From assembly GCA_946965045.2 (NCBI GenBank), contig OX337229.1, forward strand, positions 868,001 to 932,000: 64,000 bases of DNA. The letters are read 5' to 3'. The stretch is from Epithemia pelagica. Taxonomy: Eukaryota > Protista > Bacillariophyta. A model generated the notes under the pieces. It saw nothing but the letters and a program-made list of their open reading frames with translations. It was not told the DNA's origin and did no database searches. Below are positions 20,101-29,718 of this stretch, one piece after another (positions within the stretch are counted from its first letter, which is position 1; every line of letters begins with the position of its first letter). The position numbers and the translations under genes are program-made.

Positions 20101-21452
20101 ATTCGTTGTTGGCTCTCCTTGGTAAAATCCTGTTCGGCCAAACGAAAGGTGAAATGTTCAAGACTCTTGTTCTGCTCCATAGCTTGGAGCATCGCAGCTT
20201 CCGTTTCTTCGTTCCACCAATTTCCCAAATTAAACCAGGTTCCACTGTTAGCCGTGGTATCAATAATGGACAGTTCGGTGCACTTGGTAGTTTCCGGCAA
20301 GATTTTGATCAATTCTTGCGCTAGATCGCCATTTGTGATAAAATTGGAATCCTCGAGCAAGAGACTGAAATTGGACGAGTTGGTGGAGGCAGCAACTTCA
20401 AGGAACTTGATCGATGTGTTCCTCGTCATGCCCACATTGTAGAATTCCAAGCGTAGGCCCGCTCTGCACTTTTTGGCTGCCTCCACAAAGTCATCCACTT
20501 GTTGAGCCGTCGCACCAGCAAAGAGTTTGCGTCGTGAGTTTTGAAGGGAAAGGTTGAAGTAAGTCAAATGCGGCAAATCGTTCATTAGGTACGACATGAA
20601 CATGAGCGAGGACGGGGAAATTTCGCTCTTGAGCATTTGTATATGGACGTGCTCCAAACTATCTCGGAGGGAGAGCAATCCACCGGCCAAAATGGAAAAT
20701 CCTTCATCCTCAAACTCACAGGAGGTAAGTTCAAAAGATTTGAGTCGATGTTGTAGTCTGGGCAGTACATCTGCAAGTTCACGCATGCGTGGAATTCGAA
20801 TACGTGATTGCGTAGGGTGACGAGCATCGAGTTTCAACTCTTCCAATGGAAACGCTGCAACATTGCTTTGTTGACTTTCCTGCTGTTTCATTTGATGCTC
20901 ATCTAGCTTCTTCTCTTCATCGTGATGCTCTGGTTGCGGAGGACACACCTGGTCGATCTGATCTTCCAATCCGCCAGTGTATCGAATGGTGAGGTGCAAG
21001 CTCTTGACCGTGTGTTTCGCAGCTGCCACAAGTTCGACAATTTCTCCTTGTTCAAAATTGGTGGCCGAAAAGCTCAGAGAGCGTACATCGTGAGACGAAA
21101 GAAATGTCTTGAGTGCTTCCAACGCTTCGGCGTCATAGAATTGGCAGCACGGAAAGGCAAGGTGAAGTGCAGGTGTCTCGGATAAGAGAAACTCATCGAT
21201 GATTCGAGAAGACATTTCTTGAATATCAGCGCCTAGAATCCTGCAGTTTAAAAAGTTGAGTTCCAGGAGGGGCAACTCAGTGCTTCCATTGTCGCTAACT
21301 TTTTTCTTGTAGCTATGAAAAGCATGTTCCACTTCTCGGATGAATCGACCCATCCTTTTGTAGTGACGAGCAACACTTTTGAGAACACAACCTTCCCTTC
21401 CTCTTTCGCGTTGGTTTGGATCACTCTCGCCCTCGAAGCTGCGTGGTGTCAT
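17124..21452 (-). CDS. RNI-like/LRR-type N-terminal domain plus long acidic and Lys/Ser-rich disordered tail; start uncertain (ATG 21452 or 21353)
   Basis: 4.3-kb ORF with degenerate LxxLxL repeats (LEELKLD, LKSFELTSC, LTYFNLS, LEHFTF) followed by RNTDIGR...LWPLAM...PIFLAMR, a cap typical of diatom RNI-like proteins. Confidence 0.65.
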   Translation of the reverse strand: MTPRSFEGESDPNQRERGREGCVLKSVARHYKRMGRFIREVEHAFHSYKKKVSDNGSTELPLLELNFLNCRILGADIQEMSSRIIDEFLLSETPALHLAFPCCQFYDAEALEALKTFLSSHDVRSLSFSATNFEQGEIVELVAAAKHTVKSLHLTIRYTGGLEDQIDQVCPPQPEHHDEEKKLDEHQMKQQESQQSNVAAFPLEELKLDARHPTQSRIRIPRMRELADVLPRLQHRLKSFELTSCEFEDEGFSILAGGLLSLRDSLEHVHIQMLKSEISPSSLMFMSYLMNDLPHLTYFNLSLQNSRRKLFAGATAQQVDDFVEAAKKCRAGLRLEFYNVGMTRNTSIKFLEVAASTNSSNFSLLLEDSNFITNGDLAQELIKILPETTKCTELSIIDTTANSGTWFNLGNWWNEETEAAMLQAMEQNKSLEHFTFRLAEQDFTKESQQRIRSILQRNTDIGRMEQIIYNNTKNSSTTSLGLWPLAMSHVGASSEGGCSPIFLAMRHAVKQILDAERSFVETEENHKEEPAIAEPLDVELKAPQKLSDMMDNDTENTEEETESSDLTVEYIPLHDPYDLSQDHEHSYEPKVLETLHEEEEEEEEEPIEQNSESKPQENDTHVDRLVSVDETKGLDSREEISHAVDQDADVEQPWKIVINEQSSERHSERHVGDPEPIVGVEKSDNVFRDMVPKEGGDVSSDRQQLPEQHELDIRRPVPQRRMSDEYVQRQRRIEQAINSMDTDSSEGSGWDTSSFSGSEDGDWDNEEILSSPDADAMPQLMPYTAAAKDEGDWDNDAILASADVDGMPKLIPFAVAAELEPDRSASAPNSPEEKPEDTKETETETAPTPIIVEEKKKKRVEGEAEHKSIKNESKKKKKSKKKTKDEPAKKKTKSKKKKSSMSKTKITETVILDEPEDCPRMDDSGLNSSVSSNFVPDGPPKRSDDSSKAFTVTHASTEKTVSENKKSTGSSFMDTLIAEMNSGKHRPSQRQGRRPKRSDDASKLFVAVNEGDGVDETRPKASSKQKKSKSKKETKGVDEAGEFESIERRIGRSSLSSRKKSHSGRKTRSSSSDPRLERTTGVTSKTSSKGKRSESTSRTISRSDVDVRASVSSSSNGRKITKKKKKDPSTSEVGQTDNNTNPVVAQSSEKTSETKSNEQSKLSVSKGGVVKKESRSLENKASSGKKKKDVRGEKGDTSKVVRKDSGEKTSENNSIEQSNLPVPHDAVATADSKRLVKKASSSSNEKSKTRKVKSTDKVQPVSSKTGSSKERDTLTKTTSTKEKTELNGENRINNKTEDNIKSSVIAKRSSSNIEEEAVTTSAENGETSDVKTKTRRKSTSATKQKKSTKVVKESKTGKQQLKTAKSSMSDSQEETPVEKPIEANTTLEYKKSLSEPSLGNEMAHSGLGRTESGDGAPKKGLVVNDVEDQGKKKRGLFTAWRR

Positions 21453-22606
21453 ACAGCTGTGTGAGGGCTTGCACTCGCCGCAGCCCAACGATCGCCCGAC
21501 AAAAACAACCCTCGCCAACGTAAAAGAGATGGGTTCTTTGGTACGGCTGGCTTATCTTGTGCACACTGTATACTAGTGGATGCTTTCGATACTTTGGAAT
21601 GATTTTTGTCGTGTCAAACGGTCCGAGGAAAAGGTGCAGTCTTGTAGCTGGAGTGTTTGTGTCGGTGCGGAATTCACTCCACCCCGCGTGCTCGGATTTT
21701 TCTTGGCATGCGTTCATTCCAGCGGTTCTTATGGAAATTCAATGGGGGTGTAGAATAATGATGATAATCTTTTGGCAGTGACGCAATTTTTGGGGAAGCT
21801 TCTCCGCCCAGGTGTAAATTTTGGTCACGAATTGAACCATACAATAAGGTACATCAGAGACTGGCCGGCGCCCTCGGTCAACACTCCGATAGCATCGTTT
21901 GCACCTCCGATCCCCCAAACAAAAAATAATGAGATGCCGTCCGGATGAAAATCCGAAGAGCCACAACCGCTTGATCTTGACTGCTTTCAACATTATGTCA
22001 CCAGACTCTGCCGTCCATTTTAGGGACAGATGGCAAACCGATGACTGGACGTTGAGCCAGGAGAGTTGGATGGAACCGGACAAAGAGAAGCTTGACTGCA
22101 TCCTCGTTTGGTTACTGATTCTGCGGGTTTCGGAAGCAACTGACTAATACTGACAACGAGAATGTGTCAAAGTCAAACGACGCTCGATGCAGCATGGAAG
22201 TCGATGAACACTACGAATATTGACGGTAACGACTTCTCGATATCTCGCTCAAAGTTTCTTTAGTACCGGGCCCGGCAGGATGTCAACTGGCAACATCCAT
22301 TTGTGCCGCAACAAGGAACCACTTTACACTTTACCTCATCGGCTTATGTATAATCCCACTAAACATCAACAACTCCGAATTCATAGGAGTATCTCCTTGA
22401 CTTACATGGTTCGTTTTTGGTATTCATCCAGGTAAAAAGGTTCTGCTAGAGAGCGATGAATCCTTAGGGTTCAGCTACGATGGCTAGGAATTGAACACGC
22501 AACCTCCCGATCTATGAGCGACCAGAACACCAGCTAAGCGTGTGGACTCCAAGATGGAGGATTAGAAGGTCCGTCGACGACCGCGAGGTGCGCTGGGTGA
22601 TTTGGA

Positions 22607-24403
22607 ATGTTGTGGTTGAGAGTTGAGACAACAGAAACAGAGCTGCTACCTTACTCGATACATTCGCATAACAAAGAATCTTCGCACCCTATGACTTGGA
22701 ACTGCGTCAACTGGCTTTCGTCGTCGCAGGGAAGCCGGAAATGGCGTCGGTCATTCATTTTTGTGCTTTGTTTGTTATCCACCCTCTCGAGTCAGTGCGT
22801 TGCATTGCGACATTCCTTTACGACGGAAAATGACCCACGAACTGTCATTGGTCCAGTGGGTGTTCCATTTGGCTTTGCGAGTGAAGGCCAATACAAACTC
22901 AATGTATTCGATTTTGAATTAACGACAAGCCGAAAGGACATGAGTGATCTTCTCAGTGGTGTGACAGCTGGTTTTCACTTGCAACGGTTTCCCAATGAAG
23001 CGGCGTATACAAAATTTCTGAATGGACTGCAAAGCAATGTGTCGTTGTGCTCTTTCGAGCAGTTTTTGGATCCCGACGATGTCATGAATGACGACCAGTC
23101 TGTGTTTGATGAAGTTGGATCCATATCATCGGCAGAAGATGGTATCTTGCTTATGATGACACCGCGCACGACCAAATGGAAGCCAGCAAAGCCAAGCATT
23201 GAATACACTTTTAAGGTTGAAGAAGATGGCTTGTACTTCTTGACGTATCAAGTTTGTCTCAACCACAAGGATGACCAAAAGAGCCGCCCCTTGTTGACGA
23301 AAAATAGATTCCGATCGCAGTTTGAATTGGATTTTCATTTTCTCAATGTTGTGGGTGGAAAGCCTTCGTACTTGACTGTCGGTGAGCTACAGCTTCCCAT
23401 GCTGTTCTTCTTCTTCTCCCTCAGCTACTTGATATGTTCCATTTGCTGGATAATGAATATTCAAAACATTGGACAGGGTGGATCCGGATTGTTTTCCAGC
23501 GGTGATACAGGAGGCGGAAAACCGGTGGTATATCCCATCCACAAACTGATGGCCGCCTTGTTGTTGTTCAAATTCATGTCAGTCCTGTTTGAATCCTTAC
23601 GATATCACGCCATTCGTATTACGGGTCATGCTGAACTATGGTCTGTGGTGTACTACGCTATTACCTTTGTCAAGGGCATTTTCTTATTTACGGTTATACT
23701 GTTGATTGGAACTGGTTGGTCCTTTGTCAAGCCTTTTCTCAATGTCAACGAAAAGCGGATCGTCTTCTCTATCTTGGTACTGCAAGTCGTCAACAATCTA
23801 GCGATTGCAATACTGAGCCATGAAACCGCTGGAGAACGAAGCTTCGATCGATGGAATGCCATTCTTCACATTGTTGACATTGTGTGCTGCTGCGCCGTAC
23901 TGTTACCCATTGTTTGGCAGGTGAGCGCCCTGGAAAAGAGCCTTCCAAATTCGTCCACGAACACAGGTGAATCTTCAGAAGACGGGAAAGCACGTATGGA
24001 TGAATATGATATACCAGATGACGATGAGGCACAAGATCAAATGGAACAGGTTCAGTTGAGTCCATATGACGAGGATGAACATGATTTGGCCGAAAAAGGG
24101 CAGATTTTGTCGAAGCTCAAGCTCTTTCGTTCCTTTTATTTGCTCGTCGTCGCCTATATTTATTTGACTCGAATCATTGTTTACCTCTTTGCAACACTTT
24201 TGGATTATCGTCATCTGTGGATTCGATATGCTATCATTGAACTGGTCACCTTGGCTTTTTACGTTGTGGTTGGTATACTGTTTCGACCCATGGTGGAGAA
24301 TCCGTACTTAAGTGTTCGGCAACATGACCAAGACAGAAGAACAGGAAGTGATTCCACCGGTATCGCCTTGCCAGTTCGCAAGAAGGATCCTTCGAAGGCA
24401 TAG
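22607..24403 (+). CDS. GPR107/GPR108-like (Lung 7-TM / GOST family) Golgi protein
   Basis: Signal peptide, luminal domain and seven TM segments with family motifs IHKLMAALL, ILLIGTGWSFVKPFLNVNEKR, KLKLFRSFYLLVVAYIYLTRII. Confidence 0.9.
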   Translation: MLWLRVETTETELLPYSIHSHNKESSHPMTWNCVNWLSSSQGSRKWRRSFIFVLCLLSTLSSQCVALRHSFTTENDPRTVIGPVGVPFGFASEGQYKLNVFDFELTTSRKDMSDLLSGVTAGFHLQRFPNEAAYTKFLNGLQSNVSLCSFEQFLDPDDVMNDDQSVFDEVGSISSAEDGILLMMTPRTTKWKPAKPSIEYTFKVEEDGLYFLTYQVCLNHKDDQKSRPLLTKNRFRSQFELDFHFLNVVGGKPSYLTVGELQLPMLFFFFSLSYLICSICWIMNIQNIGQGGSGLFSSGDTGGGKPVVYPIHKLMAALLLFKFMSVLFESLRYHAIRITGHAELWSVVYYAITFVKGIFLFTVILLIGTGWSFVKPFLNVNEKRIVFSILVLQVVNNLAIAILSHETAGERSFDRWNAILHIVDIVCCCAVLLPIVWQVSALEKSLPNSSTNTGESSEDGKARMDEYDIPDDDEAQDQMEQVQLSPYDEDEHDLAEKGQILSKLKLFRSFYLLVVAYIYLTRIIVYLFATLLDYRHLWIRYAIIELVTLAFYVVVGILFRPMVENPYLSVRQHDQDRRTGSDSTGIALPVRKKDPSKA

Positions 24404-25029
24404 TCTGTGGGGATCATCTTATATTCTGAGTTCTCAGCAAACCTTGCTTTGTTAGCGATACTAGCCTTCGCGCGTGAAGCTGCTGCAGTAAAATGCATGT
24501 GTTCATCGAAACTTCCTCATCGCCATATCTAAGGAGGGCTACCGGTAGTGATGTCGAAAACGGGGCGCCCTTGCTTGCGCCAGGGAAAACGAGAAGAGCG
24601 CGCTTAGTCTGTCGTCTTGTAAACCTGTACAGCTTACAAAGAATGCCCATATGTAGAGTGTCGTTTTGTGGAGTTGGTGTGATGGTTGCTCGTAATTGAT
24701 GGATTATGTTTCAAGCTGTCATTGCATGGAAATGGAAGCCACGGGAGCAATGGCTATTACCTTAGACTTCGATCTTTCCATCACCTCTAGCTCCCCTAAG
24801 CTAAAAAAAGGGAATAGTCTATTCTTCCAGCTGCCGCGCCTACCCGCTCTAAGCTAGCTATCCTACCGTAGACCTTCAAAGCGTCTGAAGCGCGATCCAT
24901 TCCCATCATCACCTATCGCATGCGATTGTTCCTTGGCAGCACATCCATCCATCAAAAACGAAGGGCCTCTGTGGTTGGACATTGGATGCAACATCCGTCT
25001 CTGTTGCAGAACAATCCACTACTTAAACC

Positions 25030-25428
25030 ATGAGCATGAACTTTTTCGGAGGAGGCGGTCAGGATCAACAGGCCCAGGGGCCGGATCCGGTCTATGCCGC
25101 TAAGCTTGAAATGGAGATGTATACTGTGAGTGCACAATAGCTACGATACGTTACTCGTTTCTCCTTATTGGTGTTTCTCATTAAGCATTATTTGGTGCCC
25201 CTACAGGATTTATTCAATAAGATTTCATCGACATGTTTTCAAAAATGTGCAAGCAAACGCCACAAAGATCCGGAACTTTCATTAGGAGAAATGAGCTGTA
25301 CGGATCGATGTGTTGCCAAGTATCTGGAGAGTCAACAAAGGGTTGGCCAAGTACTTCAAAAAGCCAACGAAGCGCAGCTAGAACAGCAACAGAACCTTGC
25401 CGCAATGCAACAGAGGTTTGGAGGCTGA
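25030..25428 (+). CDS. TIM10: Mitochondrial small TIM chaperone Tim10, 2 exons (25030-25125, 25207-25428)
   Basis: EMEMYT|DLFNKISSTCFQKC...GEMSCTDRCVAKY twin CX3C motif; GT-AG intron 25126-25206. Confidence 0.9.
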
Positions 25429-25567
25429 GGGAGGATTGATGATGTATCGAAACAATATATATAGAAGACGAACGAACCTGTGGTGGGGACATTTTCGTAG
25501 GCAACGAACCCTTTCTTGCTCGTTGCGCTGTTCTTCACTTCCAGACGATAAGTCCGATCTACCACAG

Positions 25568-27560
25568 TCAAATGGAAATGAATTTGCTCCCCGTATTTTT
25601 CGTAGGGCACAGTCCGATCATTGACCACAAAAAAGTAAAAGCTTTCGAGCAACGATTCAACATCGAGGTCCATGAAGGGGGTAGATGTGCCAATCGCTGG
25701 GAACCTAGGCTCGTTGCACTTCCAGTCACCACTTTCCTCGTAACTCCTGACATGAGATTCTGTAGAACGGTTGTCACGACAAGGGTCATCATCACGTATA
25801 GCGGTATCGCCACACAAAGACCGTACGGCTTCAGATGTCTCTTTTCCAGTAATGTCCATTTTGTAGGACTTCGGTTTGTCTTTCCATTGGCATACTTCAG
25901 TTTCACGAGTTTTGAATTACCACTGCCTCTCTTCTTGTCAGCTTTTAACGCCTTGCGAAGTCCTTGACTGGCATCGGCGTATCCGTCGCTTGCGAAGCCT
26001 TGAGCAGGATACGGAGACATTACATCGGAGTCACCTGCCCATCGGATGCCAACAGTACAGTGAAACGACGGAGATTGTGAAGGGCTAAGCAATGGGTTTT
26101 TCTTTTTTCGGTGTTCCAGGAGTGTCTTAGTCTTTGATTCTTCTGAAGTCGGGGATTTCTTTGAAGAAGTTTTGGTATCTATGTAACGACGCGATGGAAG
26201 GAGAGCCGTTGATACGGCCAAGGCCGCGACATCGTCTCGACCGACCAACGCCGGGGTGTCTATTGTATTTGAGGGTTGAACCTGAACAGTGGCTCCATCT
26301 GGACGTTCTTCATCAACCAAATCGCCAGGACGAATGACAATAGTATCGAGTAACTTCGCTTCCTCTAATACCTTTTCGGCCATTTCTTGATATCGAAATA
26401 CCTGACAGCAAGTCATAAGAACAACGTTGAAGAATATCACGGCAACAGAGAAAAGAGGAAAAAACACATACCATGGAGTGAAAAACATTAGCCAAAAGTG
26501 GAACTAGGTGCCAAGGCTTCTGTTCCAAGCAGAGATCTGAGATCCGAATGAATCTGATTCGAGGAGGCCCCACATCCGATTCTTCTTTCCCGTCACGACC
26601 GGCTTCGCTGTCATCCACCGAGAACGCATCTTCTCTTCGTTGTTGCTCCTCCTCTGCAAACTCCACAGCTTTCTTCGTGCTGATATATGTTGTGTAGTAT
26701 GGATGTCTGGCATCAGAGCACCACCCCGATACATCTTTTCGCAACAATCGAGTCAGAGGTTTCACAACAAAATCAGTCCAAGGATTGGTTGGTCTTACAG
26801 ATCCAACACAGCTGATGATCGCTGAACAACCCGATATAGCATCGCGCAGAGCTTCATGACCATCATCATCACTAGAGGGTGCCTGACTGCCATCATCGTA
26901 GTCGGAAACAGCAGTGCCATAGAAGTTAGCCGCAGATTTGGCACGCTGTAACCACTCGGCCTCATCAACATCGTCCAAAAGCTTGTCATTATCAGAGGCA
27001 AAAACGTCGTCACTCGAAAGCAAGTCTCCTTGAATGATCTGCAATTTGGGACCTCGTCGTTGATTGTTTGCCACTATCAAGTCATCGTATAAAACACGGC
27101 ATGCCTTGTCGTAGTCACGACAAAAGGCAACAACGGTAGCTCCTGCCTGCAATTCGCTGCTCTCCAAAAGTTGTCGTACCACCAATCGTCCAATCTTTCC
27201 CGTGGCTCCTAGGACAACAATCTTGGGCCTAGATGGCATGATTTCTGCTTCTGGTTGTGCTGCCAGCGTTTCCGTGGGGCGTTTGGATTCCGGTTCAATG
27301 TAGGCAAACGGTCGTAATGGGCGCTTTTCCTCTTCTCTCTTAAGGTTATGGTCCATCCCTCCATTGTCGAGGGAGTCATCTCGAAGAGAAATTGTACGAC
27401 GCCTCGCAGCCAATGATTTACCACGCGGAGACACGGCAATCCTCTTGTGGATACTTTGTTGGTTTTCACGGCCTATAAGGGGGCTGAAGCTTGACAAAAC
27501 CACTGGCAAAAGGCTAAGCAGGACAAGCACATATGCCGGTTCGAGACATGATCGCAACAT
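25568..27560 (-). CDS. Plastid-targeted NAD(P)-binding Rossmann (atypical SDR/NmrA-like) protein, 2 exons (27560-26472, 26401-25568)
   Basis: Signal peptide + VLS-SF leader; IVVLGATGKIGRLVV, IISCVGS, IRFIRIS; 70-nt intron 26402-26471 restores HSM|VFRYQEMAE...IVIRPGDL, VGRDDVA. Confidence 0.8.
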
Positions 27561-28008
27561 CTCTTCTGTGTTGCTTTTGGAGGCAGCTGGACCTCTGCGA
27601 ACCTGACCAGAGTAATGAAGCTACAATTACAGCAATCGAGATAAATATCCTGATGGATCCTTTTGATGGTGGATTTTTTATGGAAAAATGGAAAAAAGAG
27701 AGGAATGTCCAAAAACTCGTACTCGCGACCAGCTGGTGTTCCAAAACCTCGTGAAATCTTCAGACTTCACGTATCACGATGGCGCCTTCGCTTATCTTGA
27801 TGCTCCTCATGTCATAAGAACGCTGCAATAAGCTAGTAAACGCAAAACTGAGGAAACAAGAATGGAGTTATCTTACACAAATATATATGGATCGATGAGC
27901 ATTGTTGTGAAACAAGTATACATCAGACTTTGACTAAAACAACCGAAGTGTCGTTCGGATATCGAATCGGTTGACAATGGTTCCCCCAGACCAACTGGTA
28001 CTAACGAA

Positions 28009-29047
28009 CTACTGATCCCTAGACTTCTTCTCTGTCTTTTTCTTTGTCGTTGTAGTCTTCTTGGTGGTCGTGGTCTTCTTCTTCGCTGCCGTAGTGGTAG
28101 AAGCAGCCTTTTTCTTGGGTTCGGCCTTCTTCGTAGCGGTCGTGGTCTTCTTCTTGGTGGTAGTAGTCTTTTTCGTTGGGGCCTTGGCCTTAACTGTGGT
28201 GGTCTTCTTCTTTGGGGCATCCTGTACAGTTGATATGTGTTAGCGCGAATGCTTATGAGCTTGAGATCGACAGAAATTTCCAACTGGGCTTACCTTCTTT
28301 GGTTTGACCGTTGTTGTCTGTGCGTCACCGGTAAGCGGAGCCGTGAGTCAAAGTGGGTTCGTGCATATCCTCATCTTGGCGCCAACACCGAGACTTACCT
28401 TCTTCTTCACAGGGGCCTTCTTCTTTTCGGGCTCAACTTTCTTGGGTTTCGCCGGAGGCTTCTTGGCGGCGGCTGAAAGCTTGTACGACGCCTTTACCTG
28501 TACGAGAACACCGGTTTCCAAGCCGCGGGCCAAGGCAGCCTTCATAACATGCTTTTTAACAGAAGTCTGGATAATCCAATCAGCACAGAGTTAACCATAT
28601 GAGTAAGGATATCGATGAAGGTGTTCGTGTAGCTCAAATCGCTCTTTCCATCGAGATAGAGGTCGTCACATAATCGACGTAGAAATCGATACCAAAACCA
28701 ACGTAGCAGACAAGTCAAGGCATAACTCCTCCTCGACATCGATCCACTCTTCCGTACTTCGACAGAGTGTTCCTGTGGTACAAAGTGACTGATTGATACT
28801 GGATTCAGGTCAAAAGACCCGATATTCGTGGAGATATCGTAGTCGGAATTCAACGGTGACGCGAAAAAGCCAGTTTTTGGACCGCGGCCGCGCGAGTTCG
28901 CCAATCTTGATGTTGCTTCGATCAAAACACGTCCAGACCACCTACCTGTTTCTCCGTTTCAATCCACTTATTAATGGCAATGGTCGACGATCCTGTGCGG
29001 TCCTTGAGAGCCATAATGGCTTCTTTGATGAGGGTTATGGTGGCCAT
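28009..29047 (-). CDS. Linker histone H1, 4 exons (29047-28946, 28566-28399, 28317-28294, 28221-28009)
   Basis: Globular domain EAIMALKDRTGSSTIAINKWI...LARGLETGVLVQVKASYKLS plus K/T/A/P-rich tail; all introns GT-AG and in frame. Confidence 0.9.
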
Positions 29048-29718
29048 GTCAGCAAGTCAAGCAAAAGAAAAGTTCGTTGTTGTTGTCGTGGTGAGTTGTG
29101 TGCGAAAAGCGTGCATTTCGACTGTGGAGTGAAATTTGCCCAAGAGGAACACTATCAGTACCGTGCGCACGTAGATTCTACGTGACACACTAAACCGGAT
29201 AGTAAACTGCTCCAATCGGAAGAAAGCACGCCATGCCAACCCCACTGCGACATCACATCCTACTTTACAATACTTTATCTCTGTTGTCGATAAACGTTCG
29301 GCCACCTAAGTACTCATGTCGTTCCTGCCTTTTTGTTAAGGTCCCACCAAGACCAAACAGAAAGTCACGAAATCCCAAGAGTAGTGACAGTTGGTTTCTT
29401 ACGAGCATGTACGGAAAGGAGCTCTCCCCTCACAATTTCAAATGTTGAAATGTCTCTTCGGACCGATCGGTGTCTCGCTGAATTATCACGGTTCCAAGTT
29501 CCAACTGACTGTCGACTTCGTTACAAAGCTGTCGAGCTTCCTTTGAACTCCAAACTCGCTCATCTCGTTAGGACATGATCAAGGGCATATTCTATCGTCA
29601 ACGAAGTGATTCTAAAATGGATTTTAGTGTTGTAAAAGTACTAATGTCGCAAACAGTCACTTCTATATCATAAATCCACAATTCGTACGGGACATCACCG
29701 AAGAGACAAACGGATGAA

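Noticed and set aside
21520-22600. Short ORFs upstream of the LRR-like gene
   Set aside because: No domain signal or coherent exon chain
28590-28680. C/D box snoRNA in the H1 intron (GTGACGA...CTGA on the minus strand)
   Set aside because: Box C is imperfect, there is no terminal stem, and the CTGA coincides with the branch-point position
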